This document shows positions 26,518 through 34,702 of a DNA stretch of 64,000 bases, piece after piece. How positions within the stretch are numbered: the first letter of the stretch is position 1; the number at the start of each line of letters is the position of its first letter. The notes beneath the pieces were generated by a model. It worked only from the letters and a program-made list of their open reading frames with translations, did not search any database and had not been told where the DNA came from. The translations under genes were made by a program, and so were the position numbers. Source of the DNA: a virus. The DNA lies in the IMG/VR virus record IMGVR_UViG_3300043823_000198, positions 1 to 64,000 of that record. One strand, written 5' to 3'.

Positions 26518-27231
26518 GTGTATTTTGATAATTATCCAGAGTTTATTGATAATGATGTAAGAAAAAACAGAGAACAACTTACAGTAACCTCTGAATCTTT
26601 ATCTAAGCGATGTTCTGTTATTGTTCCAGAACATCTAGTTAAAAACAAAACTGTTCTTGATTTGGGATCAGCGCTTGGTGCCATGGGACATTATTCTTTA
26701 CAACATGGCGCAATATCATATACTGGTGTTGAGATTCAAAAGAACTACAGAGATAAATCTATAGAGTTGTTGGGAAGAAATAATGCAAATTTTAAAATAC
26801 TTAATAGTATAAATTCAGTAACTGGTAAGTATGATGTTGTATTAGCCTGTGGCTTTATACACGCATTTTTTGATGTTTTTGACATATTGAAAAAAATATG
26901 TTCTTTCTCTGACAAATACGTTATAATTGAAACGCATAACCCATCATTTGGCGATTCACCAGTAATATCGTTTAATCCAAATGGAAATATGATTAGGAAT
27001 GATGGTACGTCTTTTAATTTTAGCGGACTTGAGACACTACCAAATAAAATAGCAATTGATATTATAATGTCAGTTAATGGTTTTGTTGTTGATGAAAGAT
27101 TATTTCCAGAAAAAATAAAGAATACTCATGATGGGTATAACTCAAACGACCAAAATTCAAGGTTTATTTGTCGATACATAAAAGGTAAACGATCAACCAC
27201 TCTTGAGGATGTAGTAAATGTGGGAATTTGA
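26518..27231 (+). CDS. Class I SAM-dependent methyltransferase (CmoB-like layout)
   Basis: KTVLDLGSALG, YTGVE, YDVVLACGFIH, VIIET. Confidence 0.75.
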   Translation: MYFDNYPEFIDNDVRKNREQLTVTSESLSKRCSVIVPEHLVKNKTVLDLGSALGAMGHYSLQHGAISYTGVEIQKNYRDKSIELLGRNNANFKILNSINSVTGKYDVVLACGFIHAFFDVFDILKKICSFSDKYVIIETHNPSFGDSPVISFNPNGNMIRNDGTSFNFSGLETLPNKIAIDIIMSVNGFVVDERLFPEKIKNTHDGYNSNDQNSRFICRYIKGKRSTTLEDVVNVGI

Positions 27232-27838
27232 TGATTCAGTTGCCAAAAGGTTTCAACATGAGGCGATCTGCCACATTCCAGATTATGAAAGAGTAATTGA
27301 TATCTGTTTAACTTATACTGATATGAATTACAGTAAAGAAGCATTTATTATTGATATTGGTAGTGCTCTTGGATATACGATGGATAAATTTATTTCAGCA
27401 GGGTATAATAATGTGTATGGTATTGAAATAAGTGAATCTATGCGTAATTCTTCTCTACATAAAGAAAGGGTATATAATCCATTATTCTTTCCACCAACAA
27501 AATTGTGGGATGTTATTATAATGAATTGGACGTTACATTTTATAGAGAATAAAGTTGAATATTTGAAAAACATATATTCTGGATTAGAAGACACTGGGAC
27601 TTTTATTCTTTCTGATAAAACAGTACAGTCAGAAAGAATAAAAGAAATGTATTATAGATTTAAATCAGAAAATGGAGTTTCTGATGAGTATATTAAGCAA
27701 AAAGAGATTATGTTACAGGATAGTATGTTTATCGATAGAATGGACTGGTATCTAGACGCCTTAGAACATGTTGGTTTTACAGTAGAAATTATAAACAGCA
27801 AATATGGCTTTCATACATTTTTGTGTAGAAAAAGATGA
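27218..27838 (+). CDS. CmoA-like SAM-dependent transferase
   Basis: WEFDDSVA.RF, IPDY, DIGSALG, NWTLHFI, LSDK, K..NGVS...I.QK...L...M parallel E. coli CmoA motifs (recalled). Confidence 0.75.
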   Translation: MWEFDDSVAKRFQHEAICHIPDYERVIDICLTYTDMNYSKEAFIIDIGSALGYTMDKFISAGYNNVYGIEISESMRNSSLHKERVYNPLFFPPTKLWDVIIMNWTLHFIENKVEYLKNIYSGLEDTGTFILSDKTVQSERIKEMYYRFKSENGVSDEYIKQKEIMLQDSMFIDRMDWYLDALEHVGFTVEIINSKYGFHTFLCRKR

Positions 27839-28110
27839 GTATGTACGAAAAAGACCATTTAGAAAAAGCTCGTTTGTATTCAAATATGGTAGAGAATAAA
27901 ATATTCTACTTTAAACATATGTGGTGGGCTCTTCACTCTGCATTTCTTTTAATGTTTTGGTCGATATTGATGTTGATTCATGCAGTCATCCCTCAGTTTG
28001 TTGGATTTTATGTTATCGAGAAACTTGTTTCATATCTAAAACATTTAAAAGAAATACATCCAGAAGATCCACTACTGAAGAAAGTTACTTTCGATGAATC
28101 CGCTAATTAA
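27835..28110 (+). CDS. Small membrane protein (DUF6356-like)
   Basis: HL..YFKHMWWAL...LIHAVIP. Confidence 0.6.
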   Translation: MSMYEKDHLEKARLYSNMVENKIFYFKHMWWALHSAFLLMFWSILMLIHAVIPQFVGFYVIEKLVSYLKHLKEIHPEDPLLKKVTFDESAN

Positions 28111-28714
28111 GATAAATCTGCCGAATCTATCTTCTGAGTTAGAATCTAAACTTATTTCTATCGCAAATGGATATCAGCAATTTAAATATAGTAATGGAAC
28201 TATTGGGCAAAAATATTATGAGAAATCCGAATCAGTAGACGATATTGAGAATTTGAAACGACTCTATGGATTCAATGATATACCCCAACATAGATCTCGT
28301 GAAATTGGTAATCTTACTAATGATGTTTTGCGTGAAATGGATTGTTCTTTTATGGAGAACATCAATATGTATGTTCAGGTTATTGAAAGTAGAGATTCTT
28401 TTATACATACTGATGGTGGGCATAGAATATGTTCATTATATTATCTTATATCGGACAATGGCTCGAAAACAACATTTTACAAATCAGATAAACCTCCTGT
28501 TATGTCAACAGTTTGGAATCCAATGGACGTTTACCCGTATTACTCTTACATAATGAAACAACACGAATGGCATGCGTTTTCCCACAACGATATACATAGC
28601 GTAAACGATATATCTGGTTTGAGGGTTGGATTGATACTTGATTTTACACCTAAATTTAAAAAGTATGAAGATTTTGTTAAATTTCTTAAGAGAGCGAATC
28701 TAATAAGTGAATAA
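28094..28714 (+). CDS. 2OG-Fe(II)/cupin oxygenase-like
   Basis: IHTD, LYYLI, TTFY, WHAF..IHSV, RVGL. Confidence 0.65.
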   Translation: MNPLIKINLPNLSSELESKLISIANGYQQFKYSNGTIGQKYYEKSESVDDIENLKRLYGFNDIPQHRSREIGNLTNDVLREMDCSFMENINMYVQVIESRDSFIHTDGGHRICSLYYLISDNGSKTTFYKSDKPPVMSTVWNPMDVYPYYSYIMKQHEWHAFSHNDIHSVNDISGLRVGLILDFTPKFKKYEDFVKFLKRANLISE

Positions 28715-29510
28715 TTACCCTGCGTATAAAAACGGAACATACTGTCAGATTAAAGATCTGACAGTTTCAATTCTAGACTTTGGTTTTATCCATTCAGACG
28801 CAACTTATGATGTTATGTCTGTTAAAAATGGTGTCGTCAAAGATTTTGATGAACACGTGAACCGATTTATGGATAATTGTAATTTTTGGGGTCTTAATAC
28901 TCCAAACGATTTCCATATTAAAGAAATTATTATGGAGTTGGTAAATACATCTCCAACTAAAGACTTATTGGTTTGGATTTGCGTAACACGTGGAACACCG
29001 ACCACAGGAAATCCAAGAGATCTTGGTTCATGCGAACAAAACTTCTTCGCATACACAAAACCTTACTATGGGTTCAATCTAACAAATACTGCCACTGTTT
29101 GTCTAGCCAAACAAAGAAGAAATACCGCAATCAATCAAAGAAGAAAGAATTTTGCTTGGAATGATTTAACTCTTGCTCAGTTTGAGGCGAATTCAAGAGG
29201 ATTCGACACAGCTATTCTATTGGATGATAATGGTTTCGTGACTGAAGGTCCAGGATTCAACGTTGGGATGATACGAGGCGAACATATTATTGCTCCAGCT
29301 AAAAATTGTTTGCTTGGTGTAACTATGTCAAAGGTTAAAGAATTGGCTGAAGATAAGTTTTATTATTACAACGTAACACCAGAAACATTCAAATCAGCAG
29401 ATGCTATGTTCTTGACATCAACTGCTGGTGGTGTTATTTGTGTTACTAAGTTTGAAGACACTGTGTTTGAGAATAATAGATTATTATCATGGTTACAGAA
29501 CAACATATAA
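28707..29510 (+). CDS. PLP fold-type IV aminotransferase, (R)-amine-transaminase-like
   Basis: DFGFIHSDATYDV, H..RF, KNFAWNDL, TEGPGFN, L.GVT, TSTAGG. Confidence 0.85.
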   Translation: MNNYPAYKNGTYCQIKDLTVSILDFGFIHSDATYDVMSVKNGVVKDFDEHVNRFMDNCNFWGLNTPNDFHIKEIIMELVNTSPTKDLLVWICVTRGTPTTGNPRDLGSCEQNFFAYTKPYYGFNLTNTATVCLAKQRRNTAINQRRKNFAWNDLTLAQFEANSRGFDTAILLDDNGFVTEGPGFNVGMIRGEHIIAPAKNCLLGVTMSKVKELAEDKFYYYNVTPETFKSADAMFLTSTAGGVICVTKFEDTVFENNRLLSWLQNNI

Positions 29511-30313
29511 ACGGAACCTACTATAAATATTACCAAGAAGAACAAAACAAACATTTATTGTTTTTACTTCCTGGCCAATCCCTTTCTCCGAGAGCATTCT
29601 GGGAATTTAAACTACCAGAAGGTAAGACACATGTAGATTATTTTGTCGAGTCTGGTATAGACGTAATTCTGTTTGACCCTGTTGGATATGGCAATAGCAA
29701 AGATTCATATCCTTATAATAGAAATGGATACGCAGAGCAAATAAAAACCGCAACAAATACTATACATAAAGAATATATTTGTAAAACTCTGTTTGGGTTT
29801 TCTTCTACTACAGCACCAGCGTTAATCTCTGGTAAACATGGTGGGTTTTTTGATAAAGTAATTATACACAGCCCATGCATCAGAAACGAAGATAGATATT
29901 TTATCCACCATGGTTTAGTCTTCTCAACGAATATGCATAGATTAAAAGAAGAACGCATTTCGAAAGTCAGCGACAGGCTTATCCCTAAATCTAATAAGAT
30001 AGATAACTGGGATAAATCTGTTATTGATGTTATTGGCAAAGATAGTTGGGAAGTGCCATCTCAGGTTGTTTATGATATTAACAACTTTTGGTTTTATCAT
30101 AAACAACATGGGTTTGATCCGAGCGAAGTTTCTCCTATTATGGTTATAAATGGAGAATATGACTTTGAAGTTACTGGTGGTGGGTATGATGTTTTTAAAA
30201 GTTTATTTCCATCATTTGTTGAGCGAATCGTTCCAAATAGTACACATTTTTCTATGTGGGAAAACAATTCAAATATTACAAGAGAATATATAATCAATTA
30301 TTGTTTAGGATAA
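29489..30313 (+). CDS. Alpha/beta hydrolase
   Basis: LPG, DPVGYGNS, GFSS nucleophile elbow, GEYD, NSTHF. Confidence 0.8.
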   Translation: MVTEQHINGTYYKYYQEEQNKHLLFLLPGQSLSPRAFWEFKLPEGKTHVDYFVESGIDVILFDPVGYGNSKDSYPYNRNGYAEQIKTATNTIHKEYICKTLFGFSSTTAPALISGKHGGFFDKVIIHSPCIRNEDRYFIHHGLVFSTNMHRLKEERISKVSDRLIPKSNKIDNWDKSVIDVIGKDSWEVPSQVVYDINNFWFYHKQHGFDPSEVSPIMVINGEYDFEVTGGGYDVFKSLFPSFVERIVPNSTHFSMWENNSNITREYIINYCLG

Positions 30314-30314
30314 T

Positions 30315-30971
30315 ATGTTAGATTTTAAAGTTACTCCAATATTCCCAGTTGGTTTATATCAAGCGAGATTGGATTCTAATGTAATGATGAGTTCATTACC
30401 GCACCTTAGAGAGTTTGTTAAAGAAAGCACATATTCCAAAGATATGGTTGTGCACAGCGTTAGTTCGTTTAACAGATATATTTTAGAGAGCCAACAATTA
30501 ACTTCTCTAAAACTTCATCTTGAAGAGCATCTAGAACAATACAAGCGTCATGTTATTGGAGAAACTACTGATAGGTTTAAACTTTACATAACAATGTCAT
30601 GGTGTACAGGATTGTTGCCAGGAAATACGCACCAAGAACATAATCACGCAAACTCTATTATATCTGGTGTTATGTATTTTGATAACCCACCAAATGCTTC
30701 TCCATTTGTTTTACATAAAGATGATTCTTCTTGTGGTGGTTTTATAAATCTTTCTCCAACAACTAATACGGATTTCTCAAAGATTATGCACTTTGTTCCA
30801 CCTATAAATGGGACATTATTATTATTTCCTTCTCATTTAAAACATAGAGTTCCAAAGAACGAAACAGAAACACAAAGGAACAGTTTGGCCTTTGACACGT
30901 TTTTTGAGGGTGAGATTGGAGCAAGTCGAAATATTTTAAAAATGTCTAGAATCAATCAACAGGGGATTTAA
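30315..30971 (+). CDS. 2OG-Fe(II) oxygenase-like (TIGR02466-like)
   Basis: IFP, SW, HNHANSIISGVMY, LLFPSHLKHRV, RNSLAFD. Confidence 0.8.
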   Translation: MLDFKVTPIFPVGLYQARLDSNVMMSSLPHLREFVKESTYSKDMVVHSVSSFNRYILESQQLTSLKLHLEEHLEQYKRHVIGETTDRFKLYITMSWCTGLLPGNTHQEHNHANSIISGVMYFDNPPNASPFVLHKDDSSCGGFINLSPTTNTDFSKIMHFVPPINGTLLLFPSHLKHRVPKNETETQRNSLAFDTFFEGEIGASRNILKMSRINQQGI

Positions 30972-31199
30972 ATGAAATTTTATGAAAAAGCGATGCGATC
31001 ATTGGGTAAAGTGGTTACTTGGCGCATTCTTGTTACAATTACCAATTTTATTGGTGGATGGTTGGCGTCTGGTTCTTGGACCGTTGGTCTTGGGGTTGTA
31101 TCTTTTGCTCTGGTTGTTAACAGTGTAATTTATTATTTCCACGAACGAGCATGGAATGCAATTGATGCTGGTAAGGAAATACTTGACAAACAAGAATAA
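30972..31199 (+). CDS. DUF2061-like small membrane protein
   Basis: RSLGKVVTWRI...YYFHERAW. Confidence 0.75.
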   Translation: MKFYEKAMRSLGKVVTWRILVTITNFIGGWLASGSWTVGLGVVSFALVVNSVIYYFHERAWNAIDAGKEILDKQE

Positions 31200-31211
31200 A
31201 TAGAGTATAAT
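31183..31211 (+). promoter_or_regulatory. Sigma70 promoter of the tmRNA gene
   Basis: TTGACA-N17-TATAAT. Confidence 0.8.
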
Positions 31212-31216
31212 TAAAG

Positions 31217-31538
31217 GAATTGTTGTAATCCCTTCAAAGCGAAGGACTTCTGGACGTGGGTTCGACTCCCACCATCTCCACCAGAAGTATTCTAAACTGG
31301 ACGCAGGATCAGAGAAGGTTGAAAGTGGGTTGATCACCACAAATAAGCTGGAGATTAAGAATATTTCTGATGGGGATGCCATGGTTTCGACAGGGGTAGA
31401 TAGTAGAGAAGGCAACACGGTAGGCGATGACCGTAAATCAAGCAAACTAAGTAAATGCAAACGACTCTGTCTTCGCATTAGCAGCCTAAACGCTGCTTAG
31501 GGTTTCGGTAGGTTTCCTCGTAACAGAATAACCTACCA
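31217..31538 (+). ncRNA. ssrA: Circularly permuted (two-piece) tmRNA, tag ANDSVFALAA
   Basis: T-arm GTGGGTTCGACTCCCAC and CATCTCC-A-CCA (ends 31283) precede the 5' strand GGGGATG (31372) with a G3-U70 pair; tag ORF 31457-31489. Confidence 0.9.
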
Positions 31539-31560
31539 TTTCTAAACATTAAGGAGTATT

Positions 31561-32025
31561 ATGAAAAAGAGTATTTTGTTAGTAGCTTTGTTAGCAACTT
31601 TCGGTGTTGCACAAGCTGTTGAAGTTGGTGTTCTTGGCGCCAAAGATGAATCTCATCAAGATCAAGGTAAAGATCATTCTCATTACGGTTTAACTGTAGG
31701 TGAACAATTTGGTAAAGTATCTGTCGAAGGCGAATTTTCTGTTTTGAATCAAAGTGGTAATGATCAAGAAAAGTATTCTGTTATTGCTGGATACGATGTA
31801 TATAAATTAGGATTCGTTACTCTTACTCCTAAAGCTGGTGTTTCTTATTTAAGTAACACAGGAAATGTTGCTGATGGCTATGCTATTCGTGCTGGAGTTG
31901 GAGCTTCTGTTCCACTTAGCGATAGCGTAAAGGCAGGTGTTGATTTTTACCATCAGTATGGACAAAATCGTGTAAGCGCATATGATGGTAACACTATTCA
32001 AGCGAGCGTTAAGTACGCATTCTAA
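31561..32025 (+). CDS. Outer-membrane beta-barrel protein (OmpA/Ail-Lom-like)
   Basis: Sec signal peptide (AQA), alternating beta strands, C-terminal Y-x-F. Confidence 0.8.
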   Translation: MKKSILLVALLATFGVAQAVEVGVLGAKDESHQDQGKDHSHYGLTVGEQFGKVSVEGEFSVLNQSGNDQEKYSVIAGYDVYKLGFVTLTPKAGVSYLSNTGNVADGYAIRAGVGASVPLSDSVKAGVDFYHQYGQNRVSAYDGNTIQASVKYAF

Positions 32026-32026
32026 T

Positions 32027-32293
32027 ATGAATATTCAACCAATGAAAAAGTTCGTTCTTGTTGCAGAGAACGCAAGGAAAAATACCACTGATTCTGGTAT
32101 TATCCTTGAGGGTGCTGGGTTTGATCAATCAAAAACAGGTACAGTCCTAGCCATTGGTCCAGACGTCACCGATGTAAAAGTCGGCGACGTCATCTATTTG
32201 GAATGGAACAAAGGTTCGGTTGTTAAGATTGGTGATGCTCAACGTGTTATGATTAAAGAAGAATTCATTGTTGCTGTTGTAGATTCAGAATAA
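32027..32293 (+). CDS. groES: GroES-like co-chaperonin
   Basis: IQPM..VLV..TDSGIIL..GTVLAIGP.V..VKVGD. Confidence 0.85.
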   Translation: MNIQPMKKFVLVAENARKNTTDSGIILEGAGFDQSKTGTVLAIGPDVTDVKVGDVIYLEWNKGSVVKIGDAQRVMIKEEFIVAVVDSE

Positions 32294-32820
32294 TGAAGGC
32301 TGCAGTTCTTTGCAATGGACCATCTAGAGTTGCTTACAAAGGCAGATTAGGGTATGATTATGTTATTGGATGTAACATACCTTGGACTGATGTTGATGGT
32401 ACAGTAATATTAGACGGTAATGTTATCCATGCTTGGAGAGAAAACCCTTCTCTTATTAAATGTTCTGAAGATCAAATTTTTATTACAAAGAAAGCGTGGA
32501 TGATTGCTGATGAGTTGAAGTTTAGAGATTTTATCACAAATAAATTTTCTATTCAACTTATTGATAAAGATTTTAACATACCAGAGATGTACAGCGCAGG
32601 GCATGTTGCTGCTTCTATCGCATTAAATTTATACGTTGATCAGGTAGACATATATGGTTGCGATTCTTATTTTGAGCGAACAGTAGAAAGTTTCACAAAC
32701 TCATATGTTAATGATGTTAACAAAGATTCTGAGCAACAAAGGATTGATAACTGGAGAAAGCACTGGATTAAACTTCAAGATAAGTATTCAGAAGTTATAT
32801 TTAATTTTGTAAAGGTCTAA
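32293..32820 (+). CDS. DUF115/MptE-like (sialyltransferase-fold-like) protein
   Basis: VLCNGPS, IGCN, SAG..A, IYGCD. Confidence 0.5.
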   Translation: MKAAVLCNGPSRVAYKGRLGYDYVIGCNIPWTDVDGTVILDGNVIHAWRENPSLIKCSEDQIFITKKAWMIADELKFRDFITNKFSIQLIDKDFNIPEMYSAGHVAASIALNLYVDQVDIYGCDSYFERTVESFTNSYVNDVNKDSEQQRIDNWRKHWIKLQDKYSEVIFNFVKV

Positions 32821-32821
32821 T

Positions 32822-33001
32822 ATGAAAAAACAAATTTTACTTGCTGTTTTAATTGCAAATTTGGCATTGCCTGCTGTGGCTGAAACAAAAACACAAAAAG
32901 CAAAGGTTGCTGGTAAACCAGCAGTTTCCAAGAAGGTTCAGACTCCAAAGGCTCCTCCTTCTGGTGTTAAACCAACCCCAAAGAAGAAAGCGCCTAAATA
33001 G
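32822..33001 (+). CDS. Secreted Lys/Pro-rich small protein (59 aa), absent from ORF track
   Basis: Signal peptide MKKTILLAVLIANLALPAVA, then a KAKVAGKPAVSKK... tail. Confidence 0.65.
   Translation: MKKQILLAVLIANLALPAVAETKTQKAKVAGKPAVSKKVQTPKAPPSGVKPTPKKKAPK
32994..33000 (+). promoter_or_regulatory. T4-type late promoter variant
   Basis: CTAAATA. Confidence 0.55.
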
Positions 33002-33069
33002 TATACAAGTGGGTTGATGGATCCCAATAAAACCATCATTTTACACATTACACAACACAGGAGGTAACT

Positions 33070-33348
33070 ATGTCAAATATGACACCGTTCGAGATTCGCC
33101 TTGAACTACTAAAAATGGCGAAAGATATGTTGGAACAAGAGTATCACGGCAAGCGTGAGCGAATGACCAATGAGTGGCATGCCTTAGTCGATAATGCTCG
33201 ACATTCTGGTACTGCTGTTCCTGGCCACCCAGAACTCCCAGCATTTCCAACCGAATCTGAAATTATCAAGAAAGCCACCGAGCTGAATAGTTTCGTTTCG
33301 CAAACTCCCACTAATACACAAGAAAAGACTAGCAAAAAGTCCACCTGA
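33070..33348 (+). CDS. Conserved T4-like hypothetical protein
   Basis: AGGAGGT RBS; PFEIRLELLKMAKDML...FPTESEII.KA.ELNSFVS. Confidence 0.8.
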   Translation: MSNMTPFEIRLELLKMAKDMLEQEYHGKRERMTNEWHALVDNARHSGTAVPGHPELPAFPTESEIIKKATELNSFVSQTPTNTQEKTSKKST

Positions 33349-33400
33349 TATGGGATTGGAGGAGTGTACGCACTCCTCTTTAACTAATTAAGGAGAAAAT

Positions 33401-33997
33401 ATGCGAACATACCGTATATACATACCATTAGTATTATTAATATTATCTGCTGTTTTTATTTCAAAAACATCATTCTCTGAGTCTATATTACTCGATGTTA
33501 AATATAACCAACTAACAAAAGAAACACAAAAACAAATTGATTGTCTCGCTGACAATATCTACCATGAGGCTGGTCATGAATCTGACGAAGGTAAAAAAGC
33601 AGTTGCACTGGTGACTCTCAATCGAACACAAGATCCAAGATTCCCAAAAGATATTTGTGGAGTCGTTAAACAAAAAACATTAAACACATGTCAGTTCTCG
33701 TGGTTTTGCGAACCAATTAGGAAAACAGAACCTGACCTGTATCAAAAATCAAAAGAAATAGCAATATTTGTTTACGCTAATTATGAAAAATTAAGCGATA
33801 TAACAAAAGGCGCATTATACTATCATGCAGATTATATAAATCCCAAATGGAAACTCGAAAAGACTACAGTAATTGGTAGACATATTTTTTATAAGGAAAG
33901 TGGAAAATACTATGATGCAAAAACTGAACTTACAACTGAAGGAAGAACAATCAAAACATTCCTTTTTACTTCTGATGGAGGATATATCTCTCAATAG
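33401..33997 (+). CDS. Cell wall hydrolase, SleB/Hydrolase_2 family
   Basis: CLADNIYHEA, AVA.V.LNR..FP..ICGVV.Q, CQFSW, GALYYHADY, IGRHIFY. Confidence 0.9.
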   Translation: MRTYRIYIPLVLLILSAVFISKTSFSESILLDVKYNQLTKETQKQIDCLADNIYHEAGHESDEGKKAVALVTLNRTQDPRFPKDICGVVKQKTLNTCQFSWFCEPIRKTEPDLYQKSKEIAIFVYANYEKLSDITKGALYYHADYINPKWKLEKTTVIGRHIFYKESGKYYDAKTELTTEGRTIKTFLFTSDGGYISQ

Positions 33998-34469
33998 CGT
34001 AAAAACTGCTGTTGAGTGGATATTCGAAGCAAATTTTGCAGAAGAACGACCAGAATTATTAAATTTGATAATCACTAGTCCTGGTGGTGATTTAAATGCT
34101 GCATTTGCTTTAATTGATACGATGCGTGGTTCTGCCATTCCAATTAGGACAATTGGTCTTGGTCAAGTTGCTTCAGCTGGTCTTATGATTTTTATTGCAG
34201 GAACTCCTGGTCACAGAATTCTAACACCAAATACTTCAATTCTTTCTCATCAATACTCATGGGGCGCAATTGGTAAAGAACATGAATTATTTGCAACTGT
34301 AAAAGAATTCGATTTAACGACTAAGAAAATGATTGCGCATTACAAAAAATGTACTGGTCTTAGCGAAAAAGATATTCGAGATATGTTGCTACCTCCACAA
34401 GATATTTGGTTGAGCGCAATCGAAGCGAAGAAAATGGGTCTTTGTGATCAGGTAAAAGAATTATCTTAA
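33912..34469 (+). CDS. clpP: ClpP-like ATP-dependent protease proteolytic subunit
   Basis: SPGG, G.VASAG (Ser), SHQ (His), DIWLSA.EA..MGLCD (Asp). Confidence 0.9.
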   Translation: MMQKLNLQLKEEQSKHSFLLLMEDISLNSVKTAVEWIFEANFAEERPELLNLIITSPGGDLNAAFALIDTMRGSAIPIRTIGLGQVASAGLMIFIAGTPGHRILTPNTSILSHQYSWGAIGKEHELFATVKEFDLTTKKMIAHYKKCTGLSEKDIRDMLLPPQDIWLSAIEAKKMGLCDQVKELS

Positions 34470-34480
34470 GGAGATATGTT

Positions 34481-34702
34481 ATGGAAAATACAGTATTCAA
34501 CGTAAATGTTTTTATTATTTCAGTATTAATTGGTGTACTTGCATTGATTTCTGCAATTTCTTTTAATTCATATTCAGAACTCAAATCTATGGAAAGAAAT
34601 ATAGAATCTGCAATTGTAAAGGGTATTGACCCGATTGCAGTAAGATGCGCATACAAACCTGACTATACTAATTGTGCAATTTATATAACCAAGTCAAAAT
34701 AA
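34481..34702 (+). CDS. Membrane-anchored hypothetical protein
   Basis: N-terminal TM segment; AIVKGIDPIAVRCAY. Confidence 0.7.
   Translation: MENTVFNVNVFIISVLIGVLALISAISFNSYSELKSMERNIESAIVKGIDPIAVRCAYKPDYTNCAIYITKSK

Noticed and set aside
31284-31371. Self-cleaving ribozyme or group I intron in the tmRNA intervening segment
   Set aside because: No complete hammerhead core (CUGANGA..GAAA) found, and too short for a group I intron
30999-31478. 159-aa minus-strand ORF
   Set aside because: Antisense shadow of the tmRNA and the DUF2061-like gene (WRWWESNP is the reverse of the T-arm)
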